From positions 2,682-66,681 of the forward strand of contig JABMNW010000192.1 in NCBI GenBank assembly GCA_013204455.1: a DNA stretch of 64,000 nucleotides. The letters are read 5' to 3'. The first letter of the stretch is position 1. Every line of letters begins with the position of its first letter. The position numbers were made by a program, and so were the translations under genes. Below the pieces are notes generated by a model. It saw nothing but the letters and a program-made list of their open reading frames with translations, did no database searches and was not told the origin of the DNA. Source of the stretch: Acidimicrobiaceae bacterium (GTDB lineage: Bacteria; Actinomycetota; Acidimicrobiia; Acidimicrobiales; Ilumatobacteraceae). This document shows, one piece after another, positions 1-9,941 of the stretch.

Positions 1-1
1 A

Positions 2-1057
2 AAAACCAACGGCGCAATAATTGCGGGTAAGACAACATCCCACGAACTTGCTTGCGGAGTCGTCAGTCCGCCAGCATCAAATCCCTGGAACACAAAATAC
101 ATTCCCGGTGGCTCAAGCGGTGGCTCAGGAGTTGCAGTTGCGTGTGGATACGTTCGTGCTGCACTTGGCAGCGATACTGGCGGATCAATAAGAATTCCGG
201 CCTCACTTTGCGGAGTCGTCGGTCTCAAACCAACATATGGTTTGATCTCGACAACAGGTGTTGAGCCCTTATCGGTTTCGCTAGACCACATCGGCCCTCT
301 TGCGGCTAGCGTCGAAGACTGCGCTCTGGTTTTGAATGCGCTAGTTAGATCAAACTCAAGCAACTTATTACGAAATCTTCCAGATGACTACACAAGTCAA
401 TTGAATAGCGGAATCTCTGGAATGCGCATCGGGATTTTATCAGGAAAACCTTTTTCTCCAATGCAACCCGATGTAGAGCAATCTTTCGAGAGCGCAATAT
501 CTCAGATTCAACAATTAGGTGCGATCTGTATCAACATAGATATCCCCGAACTAGAGCACACACTCGCAGTCGAGTTCGGCATAATTCCACTCGAAGCCAG
601 TGATTACCACTTGAATTCATTACAGAATCACCCAGAACTAATTAGCCAATCAATTAAGACTCTTTTAATAGCTGGTCGGGTGATCCCAAGAAGCATCTAC
701 CTTCGAGCGAGTCAAGGTCGCAAAATAATTACTGGAGCAATTCGTCGAATGTTCGAAGAAAAGAATCTAGACGCAGTAATTACCCCGACTCTGCCGGCAA
801 CAGCCGCAGCAAAGGGACAAAACGATTTTCTATTCGGCAATTCGGTTGAAGATATTTCGGTTTCATATGTTCGCACTACCGCGCCATTTAACGTCTCTGG
901 TCAACCAGCGATCAGTGTTCCCTGCGGAATCGATTCAAACGGTCTACCCATTGGTCTTCAAATTGCAACACGGCCATACGATGAAATCATTGCCCTACGT
1001 ATTGCAAATAGTTTCACATTGTCCACCAAATGGTGCTTAAATTCACCGAGAAGGTAG
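2..1057 (+). CDS. amidase-signature family amidase (GatA-like); 5' end lies outside the window
   Basis: The frame of ORF 242..1057 stays open back to nt 2 and reads ...KYIPGGSSGGSGVAVACGYVRAALGSDTGGSIRIPASLCGVVGLKPTYG..., the Gly/Ser-rich amidase signature. Confidence 0.85.
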   Translation, partial: KTNGAIIAGKTTSHELACGVVSPPASNPWNTKYIPGGSSGGSGVAVACGYVRAALGSDTGGSIRIPASLCGVVGLKPTYGLISTTGVEPLSVSLDHIGPLAASVEDCALVLNALVRSNSSNLLRNLPDDYTSQLNSGISGMRIGILSGKPFSPMQPDVEQSFESAISQIQQLGAICINIDIPELEHTLAVEFGIIPLEASDYHLNSLQNHPELISQSIKTLLIAGRVIPRSIYLRASQGRKIITGAIRRMFEEKNLDAVITPTLPATAAAKGQNDFLFGNSVEDISVSYVRTTAPFNVSGQPAISVPCGIDSNGLPIGLQIATRPYDEIIALRIANSFTLSTKWCLNSPRR

Positions 1058-1108
1058 CTGGCCGTTGATGCCTAGACTAACTAATCAAATAAATCGAACG
1101 GCTGATTG

Positions 1109-1801
1109 ATGACTAAAACAAAATCTAAAGTAGATGACAGTTCAGTAGAACAAGTTCTCACTCACATTCGATCCAACATTGTTAGTGGCGAATACCCTGC
1201 GGACTCGAAACTACTTCCCAAGTTAATCGCCGAACAGTGTGGTACCAGTTTTATTCCAATACGTGAAGCCATGCGCGCACTCGAATCCGAAGGATTAGTT
1301 ACATACATACATAATCGCGGTGTATGGGTGACATCGCTCTCAGTAAGCGACCTTGATGATCTCTACTTGATTCGTATCGAGCTCGAAGCAGGGGCCGTTG
1401 CAAGTGCAGAACAATTTACTGCAAAAGACATCAGCATATTAGAGACAATTCTTGAGAAAATGGCAGAGAGCCGTCAACTCGGTGAAAATAATAAAGTAAT
1501 CAAGCTAAATTACGAGTTTCACTTTAGCATTTACAATAAATCAAACTCACCGAGACGACTCAAACTTATTGAGCAACTATGGGCTCATGCTGACAGATAC
1601 CAACGTCTTTCTCTAAAATATCGTCATGATGCAGCCGACGCTGAGCATCATGAAATCGTTAAGCATCTGGCAGTAGGAAATAATCTTGAAGCCGCAAAAG
1701 CACTAACGGTACATCTCGAAACCACAGCGAGACTGGTGCGTGCTGGTTTTGAGTCAAGTGAAAGTATTCAAAAACTTGAACCTAATCAACATATAAACTA
1801 A
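1109..1801 (+). CDS. GntR-family transcriptional regulator (FadR/FCD-type C-terminal domain)
   Basis: N-terminal winged HTH (KLLPKLIAEQCGTSFIPIREAMRALESEGLV) followed by a helical His-rich ligand domain. ATG at 1109 lies one codon after TTG 1106. Confidence 0.85.
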   Translation: MTKTKSKVDDSSVEQVLTHIRSNIVSGEYPADSKLLPKLIAEQCGTSFIPIREAMRALESEGLVTYIHNRGVWVTSLSVSDLDDLYLIRIELEAGAVASAEQFTAKDISILETILEKMAESRQLGENNKVIKLNYEFHFSIYNKSNSPRRLKLIEQLWAHADRYQRLSLKYRHDAADAEHHEIVKHLAVGNNLEAAKALTVHLETTARLVRAGFESSESIQKLEPNQHIN

Positions 1802-1845
1802 GTTTTAAAAGACGAAGAAGCACACACTTTCGGCCGGTCAACTCG

Positions 1846-2607
1846 ATGAAACATTCCTTCCAAACTGATGGATTCGAAATAGTTCAGGCCGATGACTTAT
1901 CGGCGCTTACTCACCTCAGAAAACAAGTTCGAGATCTATCATTCAAACTTTTAGGTAAGACACCAAGCGAGGTAGATAGAGATTTAAATTTTCTTCATGA
2001 ATGTTTCGAATCTCCTGAAGCCGCAAATAAGTTTCGATTAAAATTAACTACAAACATCTCAGAGCAGATTGACAGTGGACAACTAATTTATGAAATATTT
2101 AAATCGCACCTAGAACCCCTCGTTGGTTTTGACGTCTTGGTTCAACAAACTCCAAATATTGTTTTCCAACCTCCGGAATACCCAGTGCCGACAGAGCTAC
2201 ATAGGGATGCCCCCGCAAATTCGCCCTACGAGGTGATCGTATGGCTACCTTTTGTTGACTGCTTTCAAACAAAAAGTATGTATGTGCTGAATCGCCACTA
2301 CTCTCAAAAAGCAATCGAATATTTTTCTAGTCATCCAAATGACAAAAAGGGTTTTGACGAAATTCTTTTAGAGCACGCAGAACTCATGGAAGTCCCTTTT
2401 GGAAGTGCATTACTTTTTTGGTCTGGACTATTCCACGGCTCAATCATTAATAAAGAAAATGAATCTCGACTATCACTAAATATCAGGTACAAAAATCTTT
2501 TTTCACCATTGGGTTTAAAAGACCCTCTTAGATATTTTAAGATTCTTAAGACCTCGCCATTGACAAATCTCGGACTTGATTTTCAGCTAAGAGAGCAACT
2601 CGAATGA
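1846..2607 (+). CDS. putative Fe(II)/2-oxoglutarate dioxygenase-like protein (PhyH-like)
   Basis: 253-aa ORF with an HxD (ELHRDAP) and a distal His (LFHGSI) spaced as in PhyH-type dioxygenases. Motif-level evidence only. Confidence 0.4.
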   Translation: MKHSFQTDGFEIVQADDLSALTHLRKQVRDLSFKLLGKTPSEVDRDLNFLHECFESPEAANKFRLKLTTNISEQIDSGQLIYEIFKSHLEPLVGFDVLVQQTPNIVFQPPEYPVPTELHRDAPANSPYEVIVWLPFVDCFQTKSMYVLNRHYSQKAIEYFSSHPNDKKGFDEILLEHAELMEVPFGSALLFWSGLFHGSIINKENESRLSLNIRYKNLFSPLGLKDPLRYFKILKTSPLTNLGLDFQLREQLE

Positions 2608-3071
2608 AGCAATACCTTGGAGTCCTTCATAAATTCAGCGAGGGACCCTATCCAGAGCCGGGAATCAAGCGTGCCCCGACGCTCGAGGACCAAAAGAAAG
2701 CACTGAATATTTTTCTGCGCAATTGCAATGGCCAACTATTGAAAGAACTAGTCCTTGACGACGAGCTAATCACTAGCCAATCGGGTTTCGATAATATTGT
2801 TCGTAATAGCATGTCGGATGGAATCATATTTTTTAGTATTGAGAGTTTAAGAAAAGCAAATGCTCTTATAGATATTAAATTACTTGGTCGTCTTCACAAA
2901 ACATTCGACAACATTTTTATGATCCTTGAGTCAATTTCAATAACTTCACGTTTCGAATTTGAAGCTATCGCTTCAAGGATTATCGTCAATAACGAGTGCG
3001 CTCAGCGTGACTCTTCGGAGAACTGGAGACACCTCATTCAAAAATTAGCTGTTTCACTTGATACAAAATGA
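2604..3071 (+). CDS. hypothetical protein
   Basis: 155-aa ORF joined to both neighbours by ATGA start/stop overlaps (2604-2607 and 3068-3071). No family recognised. Confidence 0.5.
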   Translation: MKQYLGVLHKFSEGPYPEPGIKRAPTLEDQKKALNIFLRNCNGQLLKELVLDDELITSQSGFDNIVRNSMSDGIIFFSIESLRKANALIDIKLLGRLHKTFDNIFMILESISITSRFEFEAIASRIIVNNECAQRDSSENWRHLIQKLAVSLDTK

Positions 3072-3772
3072 GTCCGACTAAAAGAATCCAAAAGTTAATT
3101 TATTTAATTTCAGTTGTAATATTCGTTCTCGTGGTCGGACCTTGGGTTTACATCAATATTATTAGCGAGGATGCGCCGGCTCCATTTAGTGAACTACAAA
3201 ATGGCCAGGAAACTTTCAATCCAAACAGTTCGGTAGTAGATATTGCAGGGCTATGGACAGTATCTTCCAGCTCAAAAGTTGGTTACCGCGTTAAAGAACA
3301 AATTGTATTGCGAAAACTTGAAACTGTTGGTCGAACAGAATCTGTTTCTGGTTCGCTCAGTATCTCCAATTTGGAAGTCAAAAACGCGTCATTTGAAGTG
3401 GACATGAAAACACTCCAGAGCGATCGCGGTCAACGAGACGCCCAATTTAATGGAAGAATAATGGATACCGATACGTACCCTAAGGCTTTCTTCGAACTTA
3501 AACGTTCAATTTTTCTTCTCCAAACACCAGAGCCAGGTGAAATGATTTTAAAATCTGCTGTTGGAAACTTGACGCTCCGCGGAATAACAAAAGAAGTCGT
3601 TTTTTTTGTTTCAGCAAGTCTCAATAATGCAATAATCACTATTACCGGCCAGATTCCAATTCGTTTTTCTGAGTGGGGAATCCCCAACCCATCAGTCCCA
3701 GTGGTTTTTATTTTTACAGAAGCAAATGGGCTTCTCGAATTCAATTTGGTGTTTAACAAAGTGGAAGGATAA
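3068..3772 (+). CDS. YceI-family protein with N-terminal membrane anchor
   Basis: Hydrophobic N-terminus (LIYLISVVIFVLVVGPWVYINII), then YceI-like blocks (VGYRVKE..., ASFEVDMKTLQSD, GNLTLRGITKEVVF). Confidence 0.7.
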   Translation: MSPTKRIQKLIYLISVVIFVLVVGPWVYINIISEDAPAPFSELQNGQETFNPNSSVVDIAGLWTVSSSSKVGYRVKEQIVLRKLETVGRTESVSGSLSISNLEVKNASFEVDMKTLQSDRGQRDAQFNGRIMDTDTYPKAFFELKRSIFLLQTPEPGEMILKSAVGNLTLRGITKEVVFFVSASLNNAIITITGQIPIRFSEWGIPNPSVPVVFIFTEANGLLEFNLVFNKVEG

Positions 3773-3776
3773 AGAC

Positions 3777-4598
3777 ATGCCGATGGTTGCGTTGCCGACT
3801 GGCATCAACATGTTTTATGAGATATCTGGTGATGGACCTCCACTGCTATTGATTATGGGTACTGCCGCTGACCACTCGACATGGTCCTCGCAAGTGGCCG
3901 CCTACAAATCTGACTTCTCTGTGATCACTTACGACGCACGAGGTACTGGACTATCTACTAGTCCGTCTGATCCAACGACTTACAGCATGAGAGTTCTAGC
4001 CGACGATGCGGCCGCGCTTCTCAAGATCCTCGGCATTGACTCAGCACATATTTCTGGTCTTTCTCTTGGATCCGCAACGGCACAAGAATTTGCCATTAAC
4101 TATCCTCAAATGGTTAGTTCGCTGCAACTACATTGCACATGGGGACGATCAGACGAGTGGTTTTGTCGAATGATCGATTCGATGGAATTTCCGGTCATTC
4201 ATGACGACCTCGAGAGTTACATTCGAACCGCATTGCTGTGGGTCGCGAGTCCACATTTCATAAATGAACGACCAGATGATGTGGCAGCATTCGAAAGAGG
4301 ATTCATCCTCGAAAATCCAAATCCACCCACGAAAAGCGGACTACTCGGACACTTTTATGCTGATAAAACACATAATGCACTGGACCGACTAAACACTGTG
4401 AAGGCGCCGACATTGATTACTTCAGGTGAAATGGATTGGCAAGTGCCAACTCGCTACGGCCGAGAAGTCCATTCCCGAATTCCACACGCCGATTTCTTAA
4501 TATTTACAGGACCACAATCAAGCCACATCGCATTTCACGAGATGCCCGAAGAATGGAACTCAAGAACTCTTAATTGGATGAAGAAACTACTTTTTTAA
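3777..4598 (+). CDS. alpha/beta-fold hydrolase
   Basis: GPPLLLIMG oxyanion region and nucleophile elbow GLSLGS. ATG 3777 is preceded by GGAAGGA and follows the YceI stop, so it is preferred over the ORF-track start 3726. Confidence 0.8.
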   Translation: MPMVALPTGINMFYEISGDGPPLLLIMGTAADHSTWSSQVAAYKSDFSVITYDARGTGLSTSPSDPTTYSMRVLADDAAALLKILGIDSAHISGLSLGSATAQEFAINYPQMVSSLQLHCTWGRSDEWFCRMIDSMEFPVIHDDLESYIRTALLWVASPHFINERPDDVAAFERGFILENPNPPTKSGLLGHFYADKTHNALDRLNTVKAPTLITSGEMDWQVPTRYGREVHSRIPHADFLIFTGPQSSHIAFHEMPEEWNSRTLNWMKKLLF

Positions 4599-5135
4599 TC
4601 CGTGTGCTTCATCAAATGTTGGCCCACCGGATCCCTCGACCCAATATTTCTTGGCCCAACCAACACCTTTCCATGTGGTGAATTTAGTTGGCGTCAGCCG
4701 AATCAACCATCGTGGCTGGTTCAGCGTCGATTGTAAATAGGACGGACCATTCTCTCCGAGATAGCGAATAGCCATTTTTTCGCAAATCGCAACCCACTTA
4801 CCACCAACATTCGGAGTTTCTATTACTTCTGCCATGCCTTCGGACATTATCTTTGGAATTTGAGACATCGTGCCGCTACTGGTATCTGGTCGGCCATGTT
4901 CTTTGTCAATTACAACCGCAACTCTTGGATCGCGCTGAATACACGAACACCATTCGGAGCGCTCGCGTCCGATGAACCATAACGAATGTCCGTCCCAGTG
5001 ATACCAAACAGGAACTACATATGGCGACCCATCTGCTTTTAAAACTGCGAGACGTGCAAGAGCATCACCAGCCAAGAAAGTGTCTCGCTCCGCGTCGTCT
5101 AACCCACCCATTTTTCCGCGATATTCCTCGCTCAT
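4587..5135 (-). CDS. PPOX-like (pyridoxamine 5'-phosphate oxidase / flavin- or deazaflavin-binding split-barrel family) protein, paralogue 1
   Basis: PYVVPVWYHWDG block typical of the split-barrel family. Full-length similarity to 23509..24063 and 19791..20360. Start taken at MSEEY (5135). Confidence 0.65.
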   Translation of the reverse strand: MSEEYRGKMGGLDDAERDTFLAGDALARLAVLKADGSPYVVPVWYHWDGHSLWFIGRERSEWCSCIQRDPRVAVVIDKEHGRPDTSSGTMSQIPKIMSEGMAEVIETPNVGGKWVAICEKMAIRYLGENGPSYLQSTLNQPRWLIRLTPTKFTTWKGVGWAKKYWVEGSGGPTFDEAHGLKK

Positions 5136-5220
5136 CTCACACACCCCAATCAAGTAGACAATTGAAAGTCACACTTACTTCAAATTGCACTAACACATTA
5201 TATGTTATAGCATCTTCACT

Positions 5221-6255
5221 GTGACGTTGTCCACTGCGGATGTATCTACATCTCCGAGCGCCATTTCTATACGTCACCTTCGGCATTCGTACGTCCAACG
5301 AGGAGCTCTTGCGCTCAAGAAAAAAACATCTATTGAGGTTCTGAAAGACATCTCGCTTGAGATTCCAGCAGGTAAGACACTCGGTCTAGTTGGCGAGTCG
5401 GGTTGTGGCAAAACAACTCTCGTCAGAGCAATCTTGCGACTGATTGAGCCGACTTCTGGTGAAATTCTATTACGAAGTGATAACTCTCTCAATAGTCAAC
5501 CGCGCGACATTTTGTCGCTGAGCAAAGCAGATTTGACAGCAGTTCGGCGCAGTATGCAGGTTGTGTTTCAAGACCCTTATGGATCACTCAACCCCCGTAT
5601 GTCAGTGTTCCAAACCGTCTCCGAGCCGTTACGAACTCACCTTGGCCTTGACCGACGCGCCTGTAAGACACGCGTGAACGAAATACTCGATCTTGTTGGG
5701 CTCGATCCAATACTCGTAGATCGCTATCCGCACGAATTCTCAGGGGGACAACGTCAACGAGTGGGAATTGCACGAGCACTTGCTTTCGAACCTTCGGTAT
5801 TGATTCTTGATGAGCCTGTTTCAGCTCTCGACGTTTCTGTTCAGGCACAAATCTTGAACCTGATCATTGGTCTGCAAGAAAAACTCAACCTTACCTACCT
5901 ATTTGTTTCTCACGATCTAGCCGTCGTCCAACACGTTGCTGATGAAGTCGCAGTTATGTATCTTGGCAAGATTGTCGAATGCGGATTGGCTGATGATCTC
6001 TTTTCAAACCCAGCGCACCCGTACACCCAGGCACTTCTTTCCGCTAGTCCTATTCCAGATGTTGATCTCGAGCGCAAGCGTAAGCGAATCGTTTTGCGTG
6101 GCGATATTTCAAACTCAGCAGGAACCCACTCCGGTTGCCAGTTCGCAAACCGATGCCATGTCGGTGTGGGCAAAGATCGATGCACCAACGAATCGCCCGA
6201 ACTCGAAACCGTATCCTTTCAACACCAGGTTTCTTGTCACTACCCTGCAACATAA
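5221..6255 (+). CDS. peptide/nickel-type ABC transporter ATP-binding protein (DppF/OppF-like)
   Basis: Walker A GESGCGKTT, signature FSGGQRQRV, Walker B LILDEP, Cys-rich oligopeptide-type C-terminal tail. GTG start. Confidence 0.9.
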   Translation: MTLSTADVSTSPSAISIRHLRHSYVQRGALALKKKTSIEVLKDISLEIPAGKTLGLVGESGCGKTTLVRAILRLIEPTSGEILLRSDNSLNSQPRDILSLSKADLTAVRRSMQVVFQDPYGSLNPRMSVFQTVSEPLRTHLGLDRRACKTRVNEILDLVGLDPILVDRYPHEFSGGQRQRVGIARALAFEPSVLILDEPVSALDVSVQAQILNLIIGLQEKLNLTYLFVSHDLAVVQHVADEVAVMYLGKIVECGLADDLFSNPAHPYTQALLSASPIPDVDLERKRKRIVLRGDISNSAGTHSGCQFANRCHVGVGKDRCTNESPELETVSFQHQVSCHYPAT

Positions 6256-6259
6256 ACCA

Positions 6260-7417
6260 ATGCTGTCACCAGAGGTATCCAATGCGGTTCAGCATTTGCC
6301 GCGCTCAGGCATCCGCCGAGTGTTTGACGAGGCAAGTAAGTACCCAGATTGCATTCGACTTGAAGTTGGTGAACCAAGTTTCCCTACTCCTCAACACATC
6401 AAAGATGCAGCAGCTTCAGCAATGGATTCTGACTTCACAAAGTACACACCAAATGCTGGCATCGCCGATTTACGGGAAGGACTCGCGCGAAAACTACGTG
6501 ATCGCAACAAAATTACAGTAACACCAGAACAAATTGTCGTCACGCCGGGCGGTGTGGCGGCCGTGTTTAGTTCACTCACTGCGCTTCTCAACAACGGAGA
6601 CGAAGTTCTACTTGCCGATCCAAGTTGGCCGAATTACTTGCAAATGACAATTCTGCTTGGTGCCACTCCCGTCTTTTACCCATTAAGAATTGAAAACGAT
6701 TTAGTCCCGACAGCAGCCGACATCGAGTCCAAGATCACGTCGCGTACGAAGGTACTCTTGCTGAACTCGCCAGGAAACCCAAGCGGCGCAGTAATTCCCG
6801 AACACCAACTTATTGAGATACTCGCAGTGGCAAACAAGCACAACATCTGGGTGATCTCCGACGAGGTCTATGACGAAATCTATTTTGAAGAACCGCCCGT
6901 TTCACTCCAACCATTTGACAAAGAGGGTCGAGTCATCAGCGTATTCAGTTTCTCAAAGACCTATGCAATGACAGGATGGCGTGTCGGATACCTCACCGGT
7001 CCCTCGACAATCGTGAATCACATTCTTCGTGCCCAAGAACCAATTACCTCGTGCGTCAACTCCATGGCGCAAAAAGCAGCGCTTGCAGCAATCACGGGTG
7101 ATCAAACATGCGTGGCTGATATGCGATCTGCATACGCCAAGCGAGCAAAACTTGTCACTAAAATTTTCGATGAGCACGGAGTGCAATATGCACGACCAAC
7201 TGGCGCGTTTTACACCATGGTCGAGATAACTGCCTCCGGGATGTCAGATCTCGATTTCGTGTCTCGAATGATCACCGAAAAACGTGTTGCAGTAGTGCCT
7301 GGATCGGCCTTCGGACCTGGATCAGGAAACTTTGTACGCGTCTCTCTTGCCTCAAGTGAAAGCAACCTCGAAATAGGCGCCAATCGAATAGCAAATGCGA
7401 TAAAAGAATGGGCTTAA
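6260..7417 (+). CDS. class I/II PLP-dependent aminotransferase (aspartate aminotransferase-like)
   Basis: SFSKTYAMTGWRVGY (PLP lysine block) and NSPGNPSG. ATG 6260 lies just after the ABC ATPase stop. The 5936 start in the ORF track overlaps the ATPase gene and gives a non-protein-like extension. Confidence 0.85.
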   Translation: MLSPEVSNAVQHLPRSGIRRVFDEASKYPDCIRLEVGEPSFPTPQHIKDAAASAMDSDFTKYTPNAGIADLREGLARKLRDRNKITVTPEQIVVTPGGVAAVFSSLTALLNNGDEVLLADPSWPNYLQMTILLGATPVFYPLRIENDLVPTAADIESKITSRTKVLLLNSPGNPSGAVIPEHQLIEILAVANKHNIWVISDEVYDEIYFEEPPVSLQPFDKEGRVISVFSFSKTYAMTGWRVGYLTGPSTIVNHILRAQEPITSCVNSMAQKAALAAITGDQTCVADMRSAYAKRAKLVTKIFDEHGVQYARPTGAFYTMVEITASGMSDLDFVSRMITEKRVAVVPGSAFGPGSGNFVRVSLASSESNLEIGANRIANAIKEWA

Positions 7418-7424
7418 TAAAAAC

Positions 7425-8297
7425 TTAGAAGCGAAACAGCGAAAGAGCCGTTGCTCCCCTGATGGCTTCGCGTTCAGTTGGCGTCAAAGACGGCAACAAT
7501 ATATCGACCAGTTTTAGGGCCTGAGCGTATCCGGGTTCAAATTCAATCCATGGCCAGTCCGAGGCCATAAGCATTCGCTCTGCGCCAAATGCTGCACGCA
7601 GACGTTGCGCAATCTCGGCAAAGTCTGTAAATGGATACTCGTTATGTGTGAAAGCATACTGTCCAGAAAAATGTACGTATAGATTCGAAAACTGGCCTGC
7701 CATTTGTTCAACTACTGCTAAATCTTTTGGGGGAAGCTCCACATCAAAATGTGGACGGCGATGCTCATCAATTCTCATCTCGGCGTGCATGTCGGGGAGA
7801 AACCCACAATGGTTCAAAACAACTTTCAGCGATGGCAAAAATGTCATCACTCGTTCTAGCGCCGCAAGTTGAACTAGGTCTCCATAAAACCAAACCACCA
7901 TCCCTGCTTCGGCCATGTACTCAAGCACTCTGTAACACCCAAGTTTTCTAACATCGGTTTCGTAAGTTGCTTCTAACCCAAAAAAACGTAATCCTTGCAG
8001 ATTGGTAAGGGATAGTCGTTTCTCAAGAGAACTCACGCTGTCAGGTTTTAAGTGATCGAACACACCCACACCCACGAACTTTCCAGGATGCGATGCAAGT
8101 ACTTCGCGCAAATATTCATCGTCTCTGGAAAGTGGTACGACTATTGCGTGGTCAACCTCTGCATTGGCCATTTCGGCTAATAATTTTTCTGCAAGTTCTT
8201 CTCGATCAGCTTCGGCCATGATCGGATATGTCGTGCGCGGGAATTGATCACTCAACGATCGAAACAGGTGAAGATGTGCATCAACAACTTTGCTCAT
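7425..8297 (-). CDS. amidohydrolase-2 family metal-dependent hydrolase
   Basis: N-terminal VVDAHLHLF metal-binding motif and TIM-barrel hydrolase-like length. Confidence 0.7.
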   Translation of the reverse strand: MSKVVDAHLHLFRSLSDQFPRTTYPIMAEADREELAEKLLAEMANAEVDHAIVVPLSRDDEYLREVLASHPGKFVGVGVFDHLKPDSVSSLEKRLSLTNLQGLRFFGLEATYETDVRKLGCYRVLEYMAEAGMVVWFYGDLVQLAALERVMTFLPSLKVVLNHCGFLPDMHAEMRIDEHRRPHFDVELPPKDLAVVEQMAGQFSNLYVHFSGQYAFTHNEYPFTDFAEIAQRLRAAFGAERMLMASDWPWIEFEPGYAQALKLVDILLPSLTPTEREAIRGATALSLFRF

Positions 8298-8947
8298 ACT
8301 GATCCGTCCTTTGAAGGTCCAATTGGTCTGGTTTCAGGCTTTTGGCTTAAATATCGATGAAAAAAGAGTTCAACATGATTGCGAATGTGATCTACCTGAC
8401 TAAGTTGCGCAAGACCTAATTGTGAGTCTGATGACAACACCATCATTTTATCACCGAGCAAATAAGAGAAAAAATTCTTCGTTTTTGTAGCCGCGATATT
8501 TGGATCATCGCCGTGAATAATCATTCGAATCGACTGACTCCGATGCTCACGATTCATAATCGTCTCATCAAGCTCAGGGTTAACAAATATTTGGGCCACA
8601 ACATTGTCATCACGACCGATGTGAGCACCAGCCGTCCCTGCCCGACCAGACATAACACATCCAATTGCGCCGCCCTTAGTACCGATCTGCTGCACCACAC
8701 TTTGAAGATCGGCACGCACACGTGAAAGTTCGTGCACACCGTCAGACAGCCCGTGGCCGATTAAGTCAATTGCAATTGGTTCATAACCTCTCTCAAACAA
8801 TCGCTCAGGAAGCGAACCGTATTCGTCAAGATCAGCATCAAATGAATGGACAAGCAAAATTGGATTGGCTCCTGTACGGGCAATGTGAATACCACGAATT
8901 ATTTCGGTCGTTGATGAAGTGAACTCAATGGGTATACGCTTCGACAT
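8294..8947 (-). CDS. hypothetical protein, possibly alpha/beta-hydrolase (dienelactone-hydrolase-like) fold
   Basis: 217-aa ORF with a 4-nt overlap to the downstream gene. PILLVHSF...GHGLSDG pattern, but no canonical GxSxG elbow. Confidence 0.4.
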   Translation of the reverse strand: MSKRIPIEFTSSTTEIIRGIHIARTGANPILLVHSFDADLDEYGSLPERLFERGYEPIAIDLIGHGLSDGVHELSRVRADLQSVVQQIGTKGGAIGCVMSGRAGTAGAHIGRDDNVVAQIFVNPELDETIMNREHRSQSIRMIIHGDDPNIAATKTKNFFSYLLGDKMMVLSSDSQLGLAQLSQVDHIRNHVELFFHRYLSQKPETRPIGPSKDGSV

Positions 8948-8962
8948 GGGAACAGTATTCGC

Positions 8963-9934
8963 TTATCTAAACGGATTGAAACAACGAACCTCAGCGGCAC
9001 CTCGCGACACCAATTCGGGACGATTAACTCCACATTCTGGTACTACCCGACCACATCGGTCAGCAAACGTACAACCTTTCGGCAAGTTGTCAGGTAGCGG
9101 TACTCGACCAATAATCGGCACTAAAGCCACGGAGTTGCTTCCAAGTCGTGGAACCGCCCCAAGCAATCCTGTTGTATACGGGTGTTGTGGCACACTAAAA
9201 ACGTTTTGGACACTACCAATCTCGACAATTTCACCGGTATACATCACTGCCATACGATCGGCCACGGATGCAACTACACCCAGATTGTGCGTAATCAGCA
9301 TAATGCTCATGCCGCGTTCGTTCTTGAGATCTTTGAGTCGTTCAAGAATCTGCGCCTGAACGGTCACGTCAAGAGCAGTTGTTGGCTCGTCGGCAATGAG
9401 GATCTTAGGGTTATTAACTAACGCTAGAGCAATCATCACACGCTGTGATACGCCCCCTGACAATTGAAACGGAAACTCACCAAAGCGACGACGCGGGTCT
9501 TCAATACCAGCATCAGCAAGGCATTCGTGGGCAATTTTTTCGGCAGCCGAATCGGTTACTTTTTTATGAGCACGGATGGCTGATGTGAGTAATGTTCCCA
9601 CCGTGAACATTGGGTCAAGTGCACTCATCGGATCTTGGAAGATCATCGCAATTTCGGCACCACGTACTTTGCGAAGTTCCTCAGGCGAGACCTTCGTGAG
9701 ATCTCGGCCATCGTACGTGATTGAGCCACTCGTAATTCGTAACGGTGGGCTCGCGTGCAACCCGAGAATCGAAAGTGCTGTCAATGATTTACCGCATCCG
9801 CTCTCACCGACAATTGCCAATATCTCATTTTGATAGATCGACAAGTTAATGTTGCGAACGATGTCGTATTCAACTCGGTCCCCTTTGAGACCAACTGAAA
9901 GATCACGTAATTCGAGAAGCGGAGTTTGGCTCAT
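8963..9934 (-). CDS. peptide/nickel-type ABC transporter ATP-binding protein (DppD/OppD-like)
   Basis: Walker A GESGCGKS, signature LSGGVSQRV, Walker B LIADEPTTALD. Confidence 0.9.
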   Translation of the reverse strand: MSQTPLLELRDLSVGLKGDRVEYDIVRNINLSIYQNEILAIVGESGCGKSLTALSILGLHASPPLRITSGSITYDGRDLTKVSPEELRKVRGAEIAMIFQDPMSALDPMFTVGTLLTSAIRAHKKVTDSAAEKIAHECLADAGIEDPRRRFGEFPFQLSGGVSQRVMIALALVNNPKILIADEPTTALDVTVQAQILERLKDLKNERGMSIMLITHNLGVVASVADRMAVMYTGEIVEIGSVQNVFSVPQHPYTTGLLGAVPRLGSNSVALVPIIGRVPLPDNLPKGCTFADRCGRVVPECGVNRPELVSRGAAEVRCFNPFR

Positions 9935-9941
9935 ATCCGTA

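Noticed and set aside
2604-3071. The 155-aa hypothetical protein loosely resembles the spacing pattern of a serine-recombinase catalytic domain (..HKFSEG.., LEDQKKAL, ..IESLRKA..).
   Set aside because: Key catalytic positions are not conserved: Arg-x-Ser near the N-terminus and D-R-L-x-R. There is no DNA-binding domain and no flanking repeats. The resemblance is too weak to call without a profile search.
5936-6259. A 108-codon N-terminal extension of the aminotransferase ORF (ORF-track start 5936), overlapping the ABC ATPase gene.
   Set aside because: The extension is in an alternative frame of a well-supported ATPase gene and is not protein-like. ATG 6260 gives a normal aminotransferase N-terminus.
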